64,000 nt of DNA, taken from NCBI GenBank assembly GCA_030264375.1, contig JASCQW010000137.1, forward strand, positions 26,966,358 to 27,030,357, given 5' to 3'. This DNA is from Carcharhinus longimanus. Its lineage: Eukaryota. Under the pieces are notes generated by a model. The model ran no database searches and was not told where the DNA came from. It saw only the letters and a program-made list of their open reading frames with translations. The position numbers and the translations under genes are program-made. Numbering within the stretch: position 1 is the stretch's first letter; every line of letters begins with the position of its first letter. Of this stretch, positions 27,801 to 38,420 are shown piece by piece.

Positions 27801-29514
27801 AAGCACCTGCCTTTTGGCTTCCTTTTCCTGTTTGCCAGAAATAAGTTGGCTTTTTACCTTTCCCAAAATATGTTTGTATGCATTGTGTTTGGGTCCTGGA
27901 CTAGAACCCCAAGGTACATTGTGAAGCCAAACAAGGCCCCAACATTTTTTCTTTAAATGTGAGGAAAGGATATTTACTTCCAGGAATTATTCCACTGATA
28001 AAATACATACCTTTTATAGTCAAACTTAATTTAGTAATGCAGTTTAAATCTAAGCAACTTAACTATTAACAGTTGAACGATATTTAAAAATGAAAAGAAA
28101 CAAATTTAATTTCTAACATCACTTTTTCAGTTCCAAATAAGCATCATTCCTCTTAGAATTAAATGTCTCTTTAAATACAATTAACTATCATAAATATACA
28201 TGTTATACTGAGGTTAGACAGTCTTGAAGCTTTCAGAGACAAAGTTTCAGAAGCCTGCAAAATCCTTCTAACTTAGAATCATAGAATTCCTTCAGTACAG
28301 AAGGAGACCATTCGGTCCATTGAGCCTGCAATGACAACAGTCTCACCCAGGTCCTATCCCTGTAACACTACTAATTTATCTTGTTAATCCCTCTGACACT
28401 AAGGGGCAATTTAGCATGGCCAATCAACCTATTCCGAACATCTTTGAAGTGTGGGAGGAAACCAGAGAACCTGGAGCTAACTCCCGCAGACATAGAGATA
28501 TGTGCAAACTCCACGGACAGTCACCTAGAATTGAACTTGGGTCCCTGGCACTGTGAGGCAGCAGTGCTAACCACTGTGCCACCCTACTGACTTCAACGAG
28601 GCTTCAGCTGTTACTGCCCTCTGCAGAAGCTTTTTCTCTCTGCCCCTAAACCTCATCACCACGTTACTTTGTCAAACTCTCTGATCTGAAATCCCTGGGG
28701 AAATTAAGTAAACAGAAATCCATCTACTTAACATAACCACTTGCAAGGTTGAAATGAGTAATAATCCTGCTCACTCAAAATCTGAGCTGCATTCCCACCA
28801 GACATGCCAACTGCCTGTAGCATAAAGCTGAATTTTTAACCATTCCCCATAATCATAAAGAAAGTAAATCCATATCAGTTGCACAGTGATCAACACAATG
28901 GGACTAAACTAACTGAAAAACAATTAGATACTTATATTTTGCCTTTTTTCTTTGACAAAACAGCACTTAAATTTTGTACAGAATTAAAGTGTTAGATATA
29001 ATTTGTCTTTTTGCTCCACAGCAAGATTATCGCAATGGCTTGCAGTTTGCTTCTGGGATTAGGTGACAGTTGTTTTAACACGCAACTCCTCAGTATTGTG
29101 GGATTTATGTATTCTGAAGCAAGTGCTCCTGCATTTGCTGTCTTCAAGTTTGTGCAAGTAAGTATGAAGAGCTTTTTAGTGCATGCACGTGACTCGAAGG
29201 CAACTCAGTTGAATAAAATTAATTTTAGCAGTATAAAGAATAGTTTAACTTTCATTGTTGTTATTAAAAATCTTGTTTATTCTATACATTGAAGAATCTA
29301 TTTTGCAATGCGTCCACTGAATGTTATTTTCGCCCTTTTACTCCTCCACCAGTCTATCAGTGCAGCAATTGCATTTGGTTACAGCAATTATCTACTGCTC
29401 GAATGGCAGCTGCTTATCCTTGGTGTGGCTGGATTCTTTGGCACAATCTCTTTCATCCTTGTGGAATGGAAGGCAGAAGCACGTTCGCTTGGTTTCCGTT
29501 ATGATCGCATTTAA
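737..29514 (+). CDS. MFSD11: MFSD11 / UNC93-like MFS transporter; spliced CDS join(737-832,6733-6788,6951-7058,8385-8464,16190-16286,19041-19099,20205-20349,22933-22970,26501-26566,27131-27256,27355-27541,29022-29157,29353-29514), 451 aa
   Basis: Exon lengths sum to 1356 nt with an open frame and GT-AG junctions. Peptides AFQTCGN, HGSGYTS, WTAQGNCLT, GRNSGIFWALLQ, GLELTFFSGVYGTC, LGLGDSCFNTQLLSI and SAPAFAVFKFVQ match recalled vertebrate MFSD11. Confidence 0.96.
985..1870 (-). mobile_element. Rex1/Babar-like LINE 3' fragment (RT C-terminus and 3' tail)
   Basis: Minus-strand ORF NVNKMKEIVVDFRK...VERVDSFKFLGVQIT...KAHQRLYFLRR; tail ...GACAATAATAAATCAA. Confidence 0.8.
2480..2630 (+). mobile_element. 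3' tail of the same Rex1/Babar-like LINE family, opposite orientation
   Basis: Reverse-complement similarity to 985-1100 (CAAGAAACAATACTTTTCACTGTAT...ACATGTGACAATAATAAATCAAATC). Confidence 0.75.
2655..3055 (-). mobile_element. HE1-type tRNA-derived SINE with an internal 83-bp foreign insert
   Basis: Minus-strand head CAGTGGTTAGCAC...TTCGATTCCC and central V-SINE-like core; interrupted at 2861-2943. Confidence 0.85.
4495..4800 (+). mobile_element. CR1-type LINE ORF2 3' fragment
   Basis: ILNGVQEHRDLCVHVHKS...LEYCVQL motifs. Confidence 0.7.
4800..6270 (+). mobile_element. RTE-clade LINE remnant (decayed RT and 3' end)
   Basis: LESQRGFRPNHGTADVIF..QFQEKC, LLYADD and EHFLYMGSHLS motifs, with frameshifts and stops. 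Confidence 0.85.
6733..6788 (+). CDS. MFSD11: MFSD11 exon 2 (QTVIKSINSTQFHGSGYT)
   Basis: TTTTAACAG acceptor; AG|GTGTTT donor; 56 nt. Confidence 0.93.
6951..7058 (+). CDS. MFSD11: MFSD11 exon 3 (LAIIYTVFSASNLLTPSIVALLGARLSMFISGLIY)
   Basis: TTTTGTAG acceptor; AG|GTAAGG donor; 108 nt. Confidence 0.95.
7545..8250 (+). mobile_element. CR1-type LINE ORF2 3' fragment
   Basis: FADDTKLEG and LAFIARDLEYKNEE...PHLEHCLQFWS motifs. Confidence 0.85.
8385..8464 (+). CDS. MFSD11: MFSD11 exon 4 (AYAAVFIEPFTWSFYLASVVIGVAAA)
   Basis: CTTTTCAG acceptor; CAG|GTGAGT donor; 80 nt. Confidence 0.95.
10950..11240 (-). mobile_element. HE1-type tRNA SINE
   Basis: Matches the other copies (tRNA head, core, GATTCTA-type tail). 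Confidence 0.85.
12600..12895 (+). mobile_element. HE1-head SINE with the alternative tail (..TTTCACAGTAACTT..TAATAAATAAACTT)
   Basis: Same head and core as HE1 copies; tail shared with 43080-43365 and 53950-54220. Confidence 0.8.
12930..14440. mobile_element. Penelope-like element remnant (terminal repeats plus GIY-YIG C-terminus) with nested insertions
   Basis: Terminal repeat GGCAGCATTTGTGTAGAGAGAAACAGA at ~12970; EEQNLIFRLGTLQPS at ~13575-13620 resuming IKFSNFRP* at ~13795; LINE tail nested at 13620-13790. Confidence 0.65.
13895..14166 (-). mobile_element. Structured poly(A)-tailed insert containing a U2 snRNA 5' segment
   Basis: GGCCTTTTGGCTAAGAT (minus, 14079-14095) equals U2 nt ~11-27, followed by three hairpins, AATAAA (13909-13914) and an A-rich tail. 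Confidence 0.6.
14445..14745 (+). mobile_element. CR1-type LINE 3' fragment spanning an N gap
   Basis: EYRANGRTLNSVDEQRDLGVCVHRSLKV; tail GGGCCGAAGGGCCTGTTCTG...ATGTTCTATGTTCTA. Confidence 0.8.
15020..15660 (-). mobile_element. RTE-type LINE 3' fragment
   Basis: Minus-strand C2H2-like end (CLTCGIICTRHIRLIIHLRAH..RVETSHP) typical of RTE ORF termini. Confidence 0.65.
15690..16160 (-). mobile_element. Penelope-like GIY-YIG endonuclease remnant
   Basis: Degenerate YCILCS*CGGPY..RLGDCAKH...PELPVTC pattern. Confidence 0.6.
16190..16286 (+). CDS. MFSD11: MFSD11 exon 5 (VIWTAQGNCLTTNSDESTIGRNSGIFWALLQF)
   Basis: TTCTTTTCAG acceptor; AG|GTATTT donor; 97 nt. Confidence 0.96.
16882..17230 (+). mobile_element. 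HE1-type tRNA SINE, full length
   Basis: CACAGTGGTTAGC (A box), GGTTCAATTCC (B box), core and GGGATTCT tail. Confidence 0.9.
17975..18190 (+). mobile_element. HE1-type SINE, partial
   Basis: Head and core match the other copies. Confidence 0.8.
19041..19099 (+). CDS. MFSD11: MFSD11 exon 6 (LLFGNLYIYLAWKGEKHIS)
   Basis: Long pyrimidine tract plus CAG; CAG|GTCAGT donor; 59 nt. Confidence 0.95.
20205..20349 (+). CDS. MFSD11: MFSD11 exon 7 (HNRRTVYISLTVISGVGSVLFLLIRKP...DDECETVL)
   Basis: CTCCTCAG acceptor; TGG|GTAAGT donor; 145 nt. Confidence 0.94.
21055..22730 (-). mobile_element. CR1-type LINE, decayed ORF2 and 3' end
   Basis: KGKSYLTNLLEFFE..VDKEEPVDV and LAWIENWLDNRKQ; 3' tail near 21060. 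Confidence 0.85.
22933..22970 (+). CDS. MFSD11: MFSD11 exon 8 (PQEQQSQAIEAF)
   Basis: TTTACAG acceptor; TTC|GTAAGC donor; 38 nt, keeps the frame between exons 7 and 9. Confidence 0.88.
23760..26100 (-). mobile_element. CR1/L2-group LINE 5' part (APE endonuclease remnant) with nested SINE
   Basis: NALWVGDFNALHQDW...LLQVVREP in the ORF at 24911-25417. Confidence 0.75.
24105..24425 (-). mobile_element. HE1-type tRNA SINE
   Basis: Full head-core-tail match. Confidence 0.88.
26501..26566 (+). CDS. MFSD11: MFSD11 exon 9 (RSAIRIFFTNDMLLLSVTIAYT)
   Basis: AATTAG acceptor; CTG|GTAAGA donor; 66 nt. Confidence 0.93.
27131..27256 (+). CDS. MFSD11: MFSD11 exon 10 (GLELTFFSGVYGTCLGATNHFGNEAKSLIGLSGIFIGVGEII)
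   Basis: TTTTCTAG acceptor; TAG|GTTTGT donor; 126 nt. Confidence 0.96.
27355..27541 (+). CDS. MFSD11: MFSD11 exon 11 (GGATFGLLNK...GRNPVVLLG...PGDAPIVP...LIP)
   Basis: TTTCTAG acceptor; AAG|GTTAGT donor; 187 nt. Confidence 0.95.
28275..28585 (-). mobile_element. HE1-type tRNA SINE
   Basis: TAGAATCATAGAAT tail, core and tRNA head on the minus strand. Confidence 0.85.
29022..29157 (+). CDS. MFSD11: MFSD11 exon 12 (KIIAMACSLLLGLGDSCFNTQLLSIVGFMYSEASAPAFAVFKFVQ)
   Basis: CTCCACAG acceptor; CAA|GTAAGT donor; 136 nt. Confidence 0.96.
29353..29514 (+). CDS. MFSD11: MFSD11 last coding exon (SISAAIAFGYSNYLLLEWQLL...RYDRI*)
   Basis: CTCCACCAG acceptor; TAA stop at 29512-29514. Confidence 0.95.
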   Translation, partial: SISAAIAFGYSNYLLLEWQLLILGVAGFFGTISFILVEWKAEARSLGFRYDRI

Positions 29515-29696
29515 TCAAGAAACCAGCATTTAAAAGACCCAATGGAATATAATATTTTAAATCTTTGATTCATTCTTAAAGACCAATTTTACTATTTTGA
29601 GAATTTTAATTTTGCTGTGTGAAAATTTTCTGAAAAATGTTGTTCAAACATGTTAATGTGGCAGAAGGTTACAACTGAAGGAAATGTAAAAAAGCC

Positions 29697-29702
29697 AATA
29701 AA
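29697..29702 (+). terminator. Candidate proximal polyadenylation signal of MFSD11
   Basis: First AATAAA after the stop codon; several more lie downstream and usage is unknown. Confidence 0.3.
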
Positions 29703-30580
29703 ACAAGGTAACCTGAAGCAGGCCAATGAATGGCTGGTTGAATATATTTACCAAATATTTCCACTGCACAAAATTAAAATTCTGCACTTTAGAAATATGC
29801 AGAAACTAAATATGAATGCAGTAAAATATTGAACTCTGAAATGAAAATGCTGTTTCAAGCGTTTTCCTGGTAGTGTTGCAGGGCATTATTTCAGATCCAA
29901 GCTGTTAATTGCCAAATCTTATTTGATCCATTTCATTGATGTAGAATCTGCTTTTATTTGTGACTCTCAGTCTTTAAGAAATGTCCAGTGCTTTTGAATG
30001 AGATTTATTTTTGAAATGGAAGAGAATCATTGTTCGGAAACTTCCATTTCACTCTGCTTCATGTTATTGATCTTTGTTGTTTATTTTTAAATGCACATTG
30101 GTACATTATCAGGAGTATCAACTAACTAAATTAAGCATAATATTTCAAATCATTGCACACTATTGACAACTACTAACATTTGTTGATGTGACATTCTTAA
30201 TTGTATTGTTGATATTTTACATTCTGTAAACTAAATATTTTTGTGGCCACATTTTCCAGTTGTGATTATTATGGTCTCATGTAAATGCACGTTTTGCACG
30301 AGTAATTACACTGGGATAGCTTAAGTGGCAATATAAATATTTAATGGTTAGTAATGATTGTGACTAGAACTTAAGTTGTTTAGCTACAGAATTGATCAAT
30401 GTTATAATATGTTAGTGATGACCTTCATACGTTCAGAGTTTGACAGAAGTGCAAATTGTCGGCAGCCCCCAATTATCTAATCAGTCTAGTTGTAGAATGT
30501 TTCTGTTTCCTGATCGCATGCTGCTGAATAGCTATGTCAAGATCAAAGGGGATATTTTGCTTTGCACAAAGGTTGAATCA

Positions 30581-30870
30581 GGGTGACATGGTGGTTATCA
30601 CTGTTACCTCACTGCGCCAGGGACCCATGTTCGATTCTGGCCACGGGTGAACGTGTGTGGAGTTTGCACATTCTCTGCATGTCTGTGTGATTTCCTCTGG
30701 GTGCTTCATTTTCTCCCACACTCCAAAGGTATGCAGGTTCGGTTCACTGATCATACTAAATTACGCTTTTAGTGACAAGGGAACAAGTAGGTTAAATATG
30801 TGGGGTGATAGATGTAGGGCTTGGTGGACCAAAAGGCCTCCTTCTGTTCTGTAAGGATTCTGTGATTCTA
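30581..30870 (+). mobile_element. HE1-type SINE, older copy
   Basis: Diverged head, core and tail. Confidence 0.8.
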
Positions 30871-32019
30871 GGACATAAATGAGAATTTAAGTTTTAAGGG
30901 GTTTTCTACTATTTACTTTTTAAGCACTTTTTGAATTGATGGATCAATGAAAGTTAATTTTTATAGTTTTTAATAATCGGTTTCTCGTGATTGCAGATAA
31001 TAAACTAAAACCTCTAGTGGGATTTTGCTTAAAGAAAGGGTATTCTATAATGGGTCCAAATAATTGATCAACTAATGTTTTCCACATTTAGTGGCTGACT
31101 GTAATTAAAACTAATTCAGGATCCCATATCAGATTGTCTGCTGGTTCTTGGTAGAAGGTATCAGCTAGCCTCACTTTAATTTGAGTCTTAAAACCGTGCA
31201 GTTTCGTTTTGCAAAATTTTCTTGGTTGGGAGGTAACAATTCACTTTCTCACTCCACTTTGTCAGACCAGTGTGAAGTGGCTGAGGTTATTTCTCCTTGA
31301 TGAGATGTATGGGAACCAAGAAAAAGGGGAACATTACCTATATTTAGTTGGGACTAAAAAGGTGTCTTCTTTTAGGAACACTCGATTATATGCCAAAGTA
31401 TACTGAATGTTTTATTCACTTTCTACTTAGCAATCATTGACTACTCTCAAAAGATAGCAGGCTTTTGTGATAAAATAATATGGTAATGTTGGAAAATGTA
31501 TTATGGATCTAAACTGAAGAGTGCATAATTATGCATTTGATGCTCATTTAGAATGATCAACACATGAACTTTTCTGTTTCAATCACTCGCCAGAACTTGC
31601 TGAGATTAATATATTTGGTTGTCTTTTCTATTTTAAACAATACTAATTTGCTTTGTGACATTAAAAATGCTGAATTATTTATTACATCTGTCACAAGTGG
31701 CGAGCATTCAAATTAAAATGGGTTTTTGGAAGAATAGTTTTGTCTCTTTTTATACACTGGATGGAATAATAAAAACAAATTAGGGATGAGCATTAATCGT
31801 AACTTAATGCCATTGCATTCAGTTTTGGTTTCAGTGCAAAACTTGTACATGGCTGTAAATTGATAGAACCTTGAATTCAATCCACATAGCTGGTTGAGTC
31901 CATTGTGTCAAGAGATAGCTCGTTTGGACATTGTCTCCATAACTGCTGGATTGAGGAGCGTAATTAAGCTTTCCCACCGCAATTTCCACAAACACAGTGA
32001 GGAGTGCTTTAAGAGCGAT

Positions 32020-32345
32020 AGCACTGGTTCATCAATAGCATTCTCGCCTCTGAATCAGATGTTTGTGGATTCATATCCCACACCAGAGACTTGAACACAA
32101 AATCTGATCTGTGCAAATGCTGCACCATCAGAGGTGTCATCTTTCAGGCATAACATTAAACTGAGGACCTGTCCGTTCTTTCAGTTAGAAAGAAAACATT
32201 CTGTAGCATTATTTCGAAGAAGAGCAAAAGAGTTTTCCATGTGTCATAACGAGCAATATTTTCCCCTCAAGCCAACGTCACTAAAAACAGATTACCTGGT
32301 CATTATCACTTTGCTGATTTTGGAATCTTGCTGTGTGCAGAAAGC
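32020..32345 (+). mobile_element. Deu-domain SINE (SacSINE1/AmnSINE-like)
   Basis: CTCGCCTCTGAATCAGA head; TATTTCGAAGAAGAGC...CAGATTACCTGGTCATTATCAC core resembles the recalled DeuSINE consensus. Confidence 0.7.
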
Positions 32346-32439
32346 TTAATTATGTATTTTTTAAAACTGGCTTTGGGTAATTCAAACTATTTTAGAACTG
32401 AAATCAGATTATTGAATATTGGCGTGGCAACTTTTGAAA

Positions 32440-32720
32440 GAAAGAAATTGAAGCGATAGCACGCCGCATCACTTCTCGCAAAAGACCCAAAGCATTCCAC
32501 TGTATGGGCAAATGTACAAAGACTCCACAAATTGGAGTGTCTGGAATGAATGGATATTTTCTATGGTTGAAAGAGAGTGTGAGAGGATAACTGGGAAAAT
32601 TCTCACTGCTTTTGAATAGTGCCATGGGATCATATATTCTTAAACCACTGAAACAAATGAATGAGGGCCTTGTTTGCCCTTTCATCCAGCATCTCCTCAA
32701 TGCTACCCAGTAATGTTCTT
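32440..32720 (-). mobile_element. Ancient Deu-domain SINE, opposite orientation
   Basis: CTGGGAAAATTCTCACTGCTTTTGAATAGTGCCATGGGATC is the reverse complement of the Deu core. Confidence 0.55.
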
Positions 32721-35199
32721 CTAGATTATGGCCTTGGGGTTTCTCTTTGTTTGTATCCAAAGAGAAACTTATCCAGGACACACAGGTCACAGACTTTTGG
32801 GCACCAGTGGGTTAGATCTGTAACAACACTTCTCATTTATGGCTATTAATTAGTATTTCTGTTGATGAAACTGATCAAATTCCTGATTTATAGACCCTCC
32901 TGTGTTAGGTTCCTGCTCAAAAGCAGTTTTCAAAATTGCAAGATTTTCAGGTACTGCAGGAGACAGTTCTTTAAAAAATTGGTATTTGATTGAAATGCTT
33001 TGAGCTTTTGTTTACATTTATCCTTTTGGAGACCTGCATATTGTTTCTTATAATACATTTAATTTCATGTGGTGAAGTCGCATTAAATATTGAGAAGTTT
33101 CCTGTCGTAGGTTTATAAACATGCATTTAGTATGCATAAATGATGGTTGAGTTGGTTGAAATTATCATACATTAAAGAAGGAATATATGATATTAAGTCA
33201 GTACTGTCCTTAGGTCTTGGGTGCTTGAGCTGATTTATGTTCATTTTTAATTGGATTAAATTAAGTTGGTGCATTTTAATGTGTGTAATATGACCTTTGT
33301 GGAATAAATGTAGATTGTGCCCACGATGGAAACTCCAGGTCCGTGTTGTAGACCCACGACTGAGCAAGTATGTTAACTTGATTTTAATCTGACTTGTATC
33401 ATGCACAGAATATATATGTTTTCTTCCCATCTGTAATCAGTGTGGTTTGTATGGAAAAATGTGTTTTTGTTGCCCTTGGATTGTATGTGCCAATTCAATG
33501 ATTTAGCAGCAAGCTTTTGTGATTTTAAAATAAAGGTATTCCCTCTCATTTGTCAAACATCACACACATAGTCTCATGCAGCATACTCAAATACCCACAT
33601 GCGCACACATACACTCACTAAAGATTGGATACAGTTTTAAAAAGTGCACTTTTACCAACTAGTTACTTTTAGTCTCTGATTTACAATTTCTGGTCTCCCA
33701 TGTAGTGGGCCTGTGGTCTCTTGAATGGTTCTGATTATATATACATTTTAAGTGGGAGTCTTGTAAAGAGTTCAAAACAAGATTGTTAGGTTCTTGTAGT
33801 TGAATATCCAGTAAGTTGGTTCTCAGGTGAACTTTGGAACTGGTACAGGTTAAGTATTTTGGCTGCTTGCTTGACTTGACGACTGGTTCTAATAGATCTA
33901 CTGAGTCTTGGGGTAATTAGGAAATTAGGATGCAGGCCCTGAAACCAGCTTTGATCACATGACAGTTTCATAGGCCCAACAGTCTAGTTTGGAGGGGAGG
34001 TGGGTTCATCATGCTGCAATGGGAAGTTGTAAATGCCTTTGAATATTGATTGTTTGATCCAGTACAAAATATGGACATAAGCAGCCTGGAACCTCCATAG
34101 TCTTTAGATGTTTTCTCATGCTAGACAATGAATTCCACAAATGGCTCCGAGGTACCCTTACCTAAGTCCATATTTAATTAGCTGTACATGATACTGTCTG
34201 TAGTCTAAATGTCACATGATTTATGGCAGCCATCTTTCCAAGTTGTTTCTAGTTTTTTTAAAAAGTATTGGCGAAAAGTTCATAACATGTATCTTTACCA
34301 AGCATGATACATTTTAATCGCTATTTTAATCACTGCAGAAAATGGAACATGGAACAATTCAATGTTTAAAATCCTTAAATTCCAACATTCTCCCCATTCA
34401 CAATACAATGTGTCAATTTGAAACTGTCCTCAAAGTAAATTGTTGACAGTAACATAATTGAAATAGCTCAGGAACCTGTCTTTATTATACTTGTTGATTG
34501 CTGCTGGTTTGGTTTATGCTACATTAGATTAAAATACCAGATTTCTGTTTGCTCTGGTTTTAGACAAAAACTATATTAACTCTGCACGTTGGTCAGTTGA
34601 TTTTGAGTTTGGGTAAAGATCAAGAATGTTTCCAATAGAGATGGGGAGGGTGGGAATACATTGCTAAGTTCTTTTTAACAGAAGGGCAAACAATGGATTC
34701 AGTTCAACGAAGGGAAAACGGCTGTGGTTCACTTTGAAGACCTTGAAAATGGGGCTAAATTGCCCCATTTGGATCAATATTTTGCAAAACAACTGTTTGT
34801 GACAATAATCCGTAGGAACATTGCTTGACGTTTAAAATTTTGCTGCTCCTCCAAGACCAACATCTTTAGACTCAATGACTTTGATTTGTTACATGTTTCA
34901 TTCTGTGGTATCCAGGGACATTAGTGTTTCAGATTTACTGCAACTTAAAATTTGTACCATGTTGTTTGTTGTTGTAATGTGTTTATTTTGACTGCGATGC
35001 CTTTGCACTGGTCTATTTTCAAATATTTGTCAGAAATTGAATTGGTTGCCTAATCAGTCTGAAATAAGACAGAGGGCAAAATTTTACATCACCGTTGCAG
35101 TGGGGACTGGGTTGTAAAATGTGGCCAGCCATTCAATGCTCCGTAGACTTTGGTGGGAATGGAAGAACCTGCTGGCAGGAAGGGCTGTAACATTCACCA

Positions 35200-36610
35200 T
35201 TGGGATGCCAGAGCTCCAGGGGTCACAGGTGAGTGTAGTCGCCATCACTAAGGAGGTGGTTTTGGGGAAAGTCCATTATTAAAGTCGTGATCAGAGTACT
35301 TGGAAGTGCCTGATAAAGGAGGACTGAACCAGCACGGCTTTGTCAAGGGGAGGTCGTGTCTGACAAATCGGTGGAGTTCTTTGAGGAGGTAACAAGGAAG
35401 TTAGGTAAAGGAGAACCAGTGGACGTGATTTTAGATTTCCAGAAGGTCTTTGACAAAGTGCTGCATCGGAGACTGTTAAATAAGTTAAATGCCCATGGTG
35501 TTGATGGTAAGATCCTGGCATTGATAGAGGATTGGTTGACTGGCAGAAGGCAAGAGAGTGGGGATAAAAGGGTCTTTCTCAGAATGACAGCCAGTGACTA
35601 GTGGTGTGCCTCAGTGGTCGGTACTGGGACCACAGCTTTTCACAATGTACATTAACCATTTTGGAGGAAGGAACAGAATGCACTGTTGCTAAGTTTGCAA
35701 ATAATACAAAGATATGTAGAGTTACAGGTAGTTTTGAAGAAGTAGGGGGGGTGCAGAAGGACTTGGTCAGGTTAGGAGATTGGGCAAAGAAGTGGCAGAT
35801 GGAATACAATGTGGGAAACGTGTGAGCTTATGCACTTTGAAAGGAGAAATGGAGGCAGAAACTATTTTCTAAATGGGAAAATGCTTAGGAAATCAGAAAT
35901 GCAAAAGGACTTGGGTGTCATTAACCTTAGGAGAATCTTGTACAATGTGCAAGTTCAGTTGGCAGTTCGGAAGGCAAATGCAGTGTTAACATTCATGTCA
36001 AGAGTGCTAGAATACAAGAGAAGGGGTGTATTCCTGAGGCTGTATAAGGCTCTGGTCTATCCCCATTTGGAGTACTGGAGCACTTTTGGGCCCCATATCT
36101 AAGAAAGGATGTGCTGGCCTTGGAAAGGGTCCAGAGGAGGTTCACAAGAATGATCCCTGCAATGAAGAGCTTGTTGAATGAGGAGCAGTTGAGGACTCTG
36201 GGTCTGTATTCATTGGAGTTTAGAAGGATGAGGGGGGATCTTATTGAAACTTAAAGGATACTGTGAGGTGTGGATAGAGTGGATGTGGAAAGGATGTCGC
36301 TGCTAGGAAAAACTAGAACCAAAGGGCACAACCTCAGGCTAAAGGGACAATCCTTTAAAACAGAGATAAGGAGAAATTTCATCAGCCAGAAAATGGTGAA
36401 TCTGTGGAACTCTTTGCCACAAAAAGCTGTGGCGGCCAGGTCATTGAGTGGCTTTAAGACAGATAGATAGGTTCATGATTAATAAGGGGATCAAGGGTTC
36501 TGGGGAAAAGGCAGGAGAATGGGGATGAGAAAAATATCAGCCATGATTGAATGGTGGAGCAGACTCAATGGGCCCGAATGACCTAATTCTGCTCCAGTCT
36601 TATGGTCTTA
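35200..36610 (+). mobile_element. CR1-type LINE RT 3' part with tail
   Basis: LDFQKVFDKVLHRRLLNK, KFANNTK and NFISQKMVNLWNSLP motifs; tail TCTTATGGTCTTAT. Confidence 0.9.
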
Positions 36611-36959
36611 TTTCACCCTTAAAGTTTGTTTTTTGAAAAATGTTTCTTGGTGGATGGATTGCAACAACAAATCTTCAAGGTAACATTGTAGCACTTAATA
36701 ATGTGGTGTGCAATGTTTACATTTATTTTGTGTAATAAATCCATTTGGATTTGACAAATTGCTACGTCTCTTCAAAAAGAACTTGTGCATGTAGTGCCTG
36801 TAAATAGAAAATTTTTAACTCACTAAAATATAAACTTTGTCATATTTGTCAACTAATGAAATTCTTGCCTGTTTATTTGTGCGTAAGTTGGCTTCTAATT
36901 CTTTTTGGCAATTTGAATGAGTTTAAAGAAAAAGACAAGGTGAAATAATATAGTCAAGC

Positions 36960-38420
36960 TTCCTTGGAGACCCTCATTTGCAGGAATTGCCCCCGGCACC
37001 ATATTCTGAAGAAGTGCATTATTAAAGTTATGTCATTTTTGAGGAAGTGGAGGTAACATGAGAAAATCAGCAGATTGAAGGGGAGTCGTCCATCAAATTG
37101 TTGTTCCCCTGGTTACCACAAGGGCATTTTAAGAATCACCCATGAGATTCCAATGGCAGGTCATTTTGGAATTCTGCAAGACATCATGTCTACTGGCTGG
37201 GAAGCCCCTGACACTGATTAACCAGCTCCACTGATCCCAATTACAATGAAACATTTAGGAGGGTTTTAGTGGATTCTATTGATCCTCTGTCCAAAATAAA
37301 AGTAGGGTATCAGTATCTTGTAATCATCATGGATTTGTCTGCCTGATGTCCAGAACATTAAGAGAATCTATTGCAAAGGTGATCATTGAAGGGTTAATTC
37401 AGTTTTCGTGAGGTATGGGTTACCAGAGAGGTTCAATCTGATCAGAGACCAAATTTCATGTCACAAATATTCCAGGAGACACTGAATTGGTTAGGAGTAA
37501 AACAGATTGAAATTGTGTACATACCATCCATGTGTTGGGATTTTCCAGCTACACACGCCCCAAAACTGGAAAATCCTGCCAACGCTGAACGGACTTTTCC
37601 ATGGTCTGCTACAATCCCTGAGGTGGGTGACATGGGAAGGTTCGCCCCATAGTCTCAGGGACATTGAAAAGATGCCATCAAAGCTTAAAAACATGATTAG
37701 AACTTATTGTCTTGAATATTCTGGGGACTGAGATAAGAGAATTTTTATTATTTACCAATAGAGATGTATCTAATGAGTCAAGTGGGTTTGATTCCTTTGA
37801 GTTAGTCTATAGCCATGAAGTAAGGGGCCACTCATATTCATTAAAAGGAAAGATTATGATCTAAGAACAAGAAATAATTCTCAGATTATGTATCCAAGTT
37901 TCAAGAAAGACTGCCAAAGGCTTGTGTTGTAGCTCAAGAACATCTTAAGATTTCCCCACAAATAATAATAAAAATTGATGGATTAGCCAGCCTGGGCAGC
38001 AGGGTGACACAATGGTTAACACTGCTCCCTCACAGTTCCAAGGATCTGGATTTGATTCCCAGCTTGGGTTACTGTCTGTGTGGAATTCGTATGTTCTCTC
38101 TGTATCTGTGGGTTTCCTCTGGTTTCCTCCCACAGTCCAAAGATGTGTGGTATAGGTGCATTGGCTATACCAATTTGTCCCTTAGTGTCCCGGAATGTGT
38201 CGGTTAGAGGGATTAACAGGGTAAATATGTGGAGTTATGGGGATAAGGCCTTGGTGGATTGTTGTCGGTACAGACTTGATGGACCAAATGACCTCCTCCT
38301 GCACTGGAGGGATTCTATGATTCTAGCTGAAACTCAAAACTGAGGAATAAAGTACCAGTCCTGTTCCCTTTACAGGTTAACCATTGAAAGCTAGGTTTAG
38401 TCAGCATTATGATATTCTTA
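36960..38420 (+). mobile_element. Gypsy-type integrase remnant interrupted by a small insert and a SINE
   Basis: FRRVLVDSIDPLSK..GYQYLVII and LPERVQSDQRPNFMSQIFQE motifs, with stops. Confidence 0.75.
37993..38325 (+). mobile_element. HE1-type tRNA SINE
   Basis: Head, core and GGATTCTATGATTCTA tail. Confidence 0.88.
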
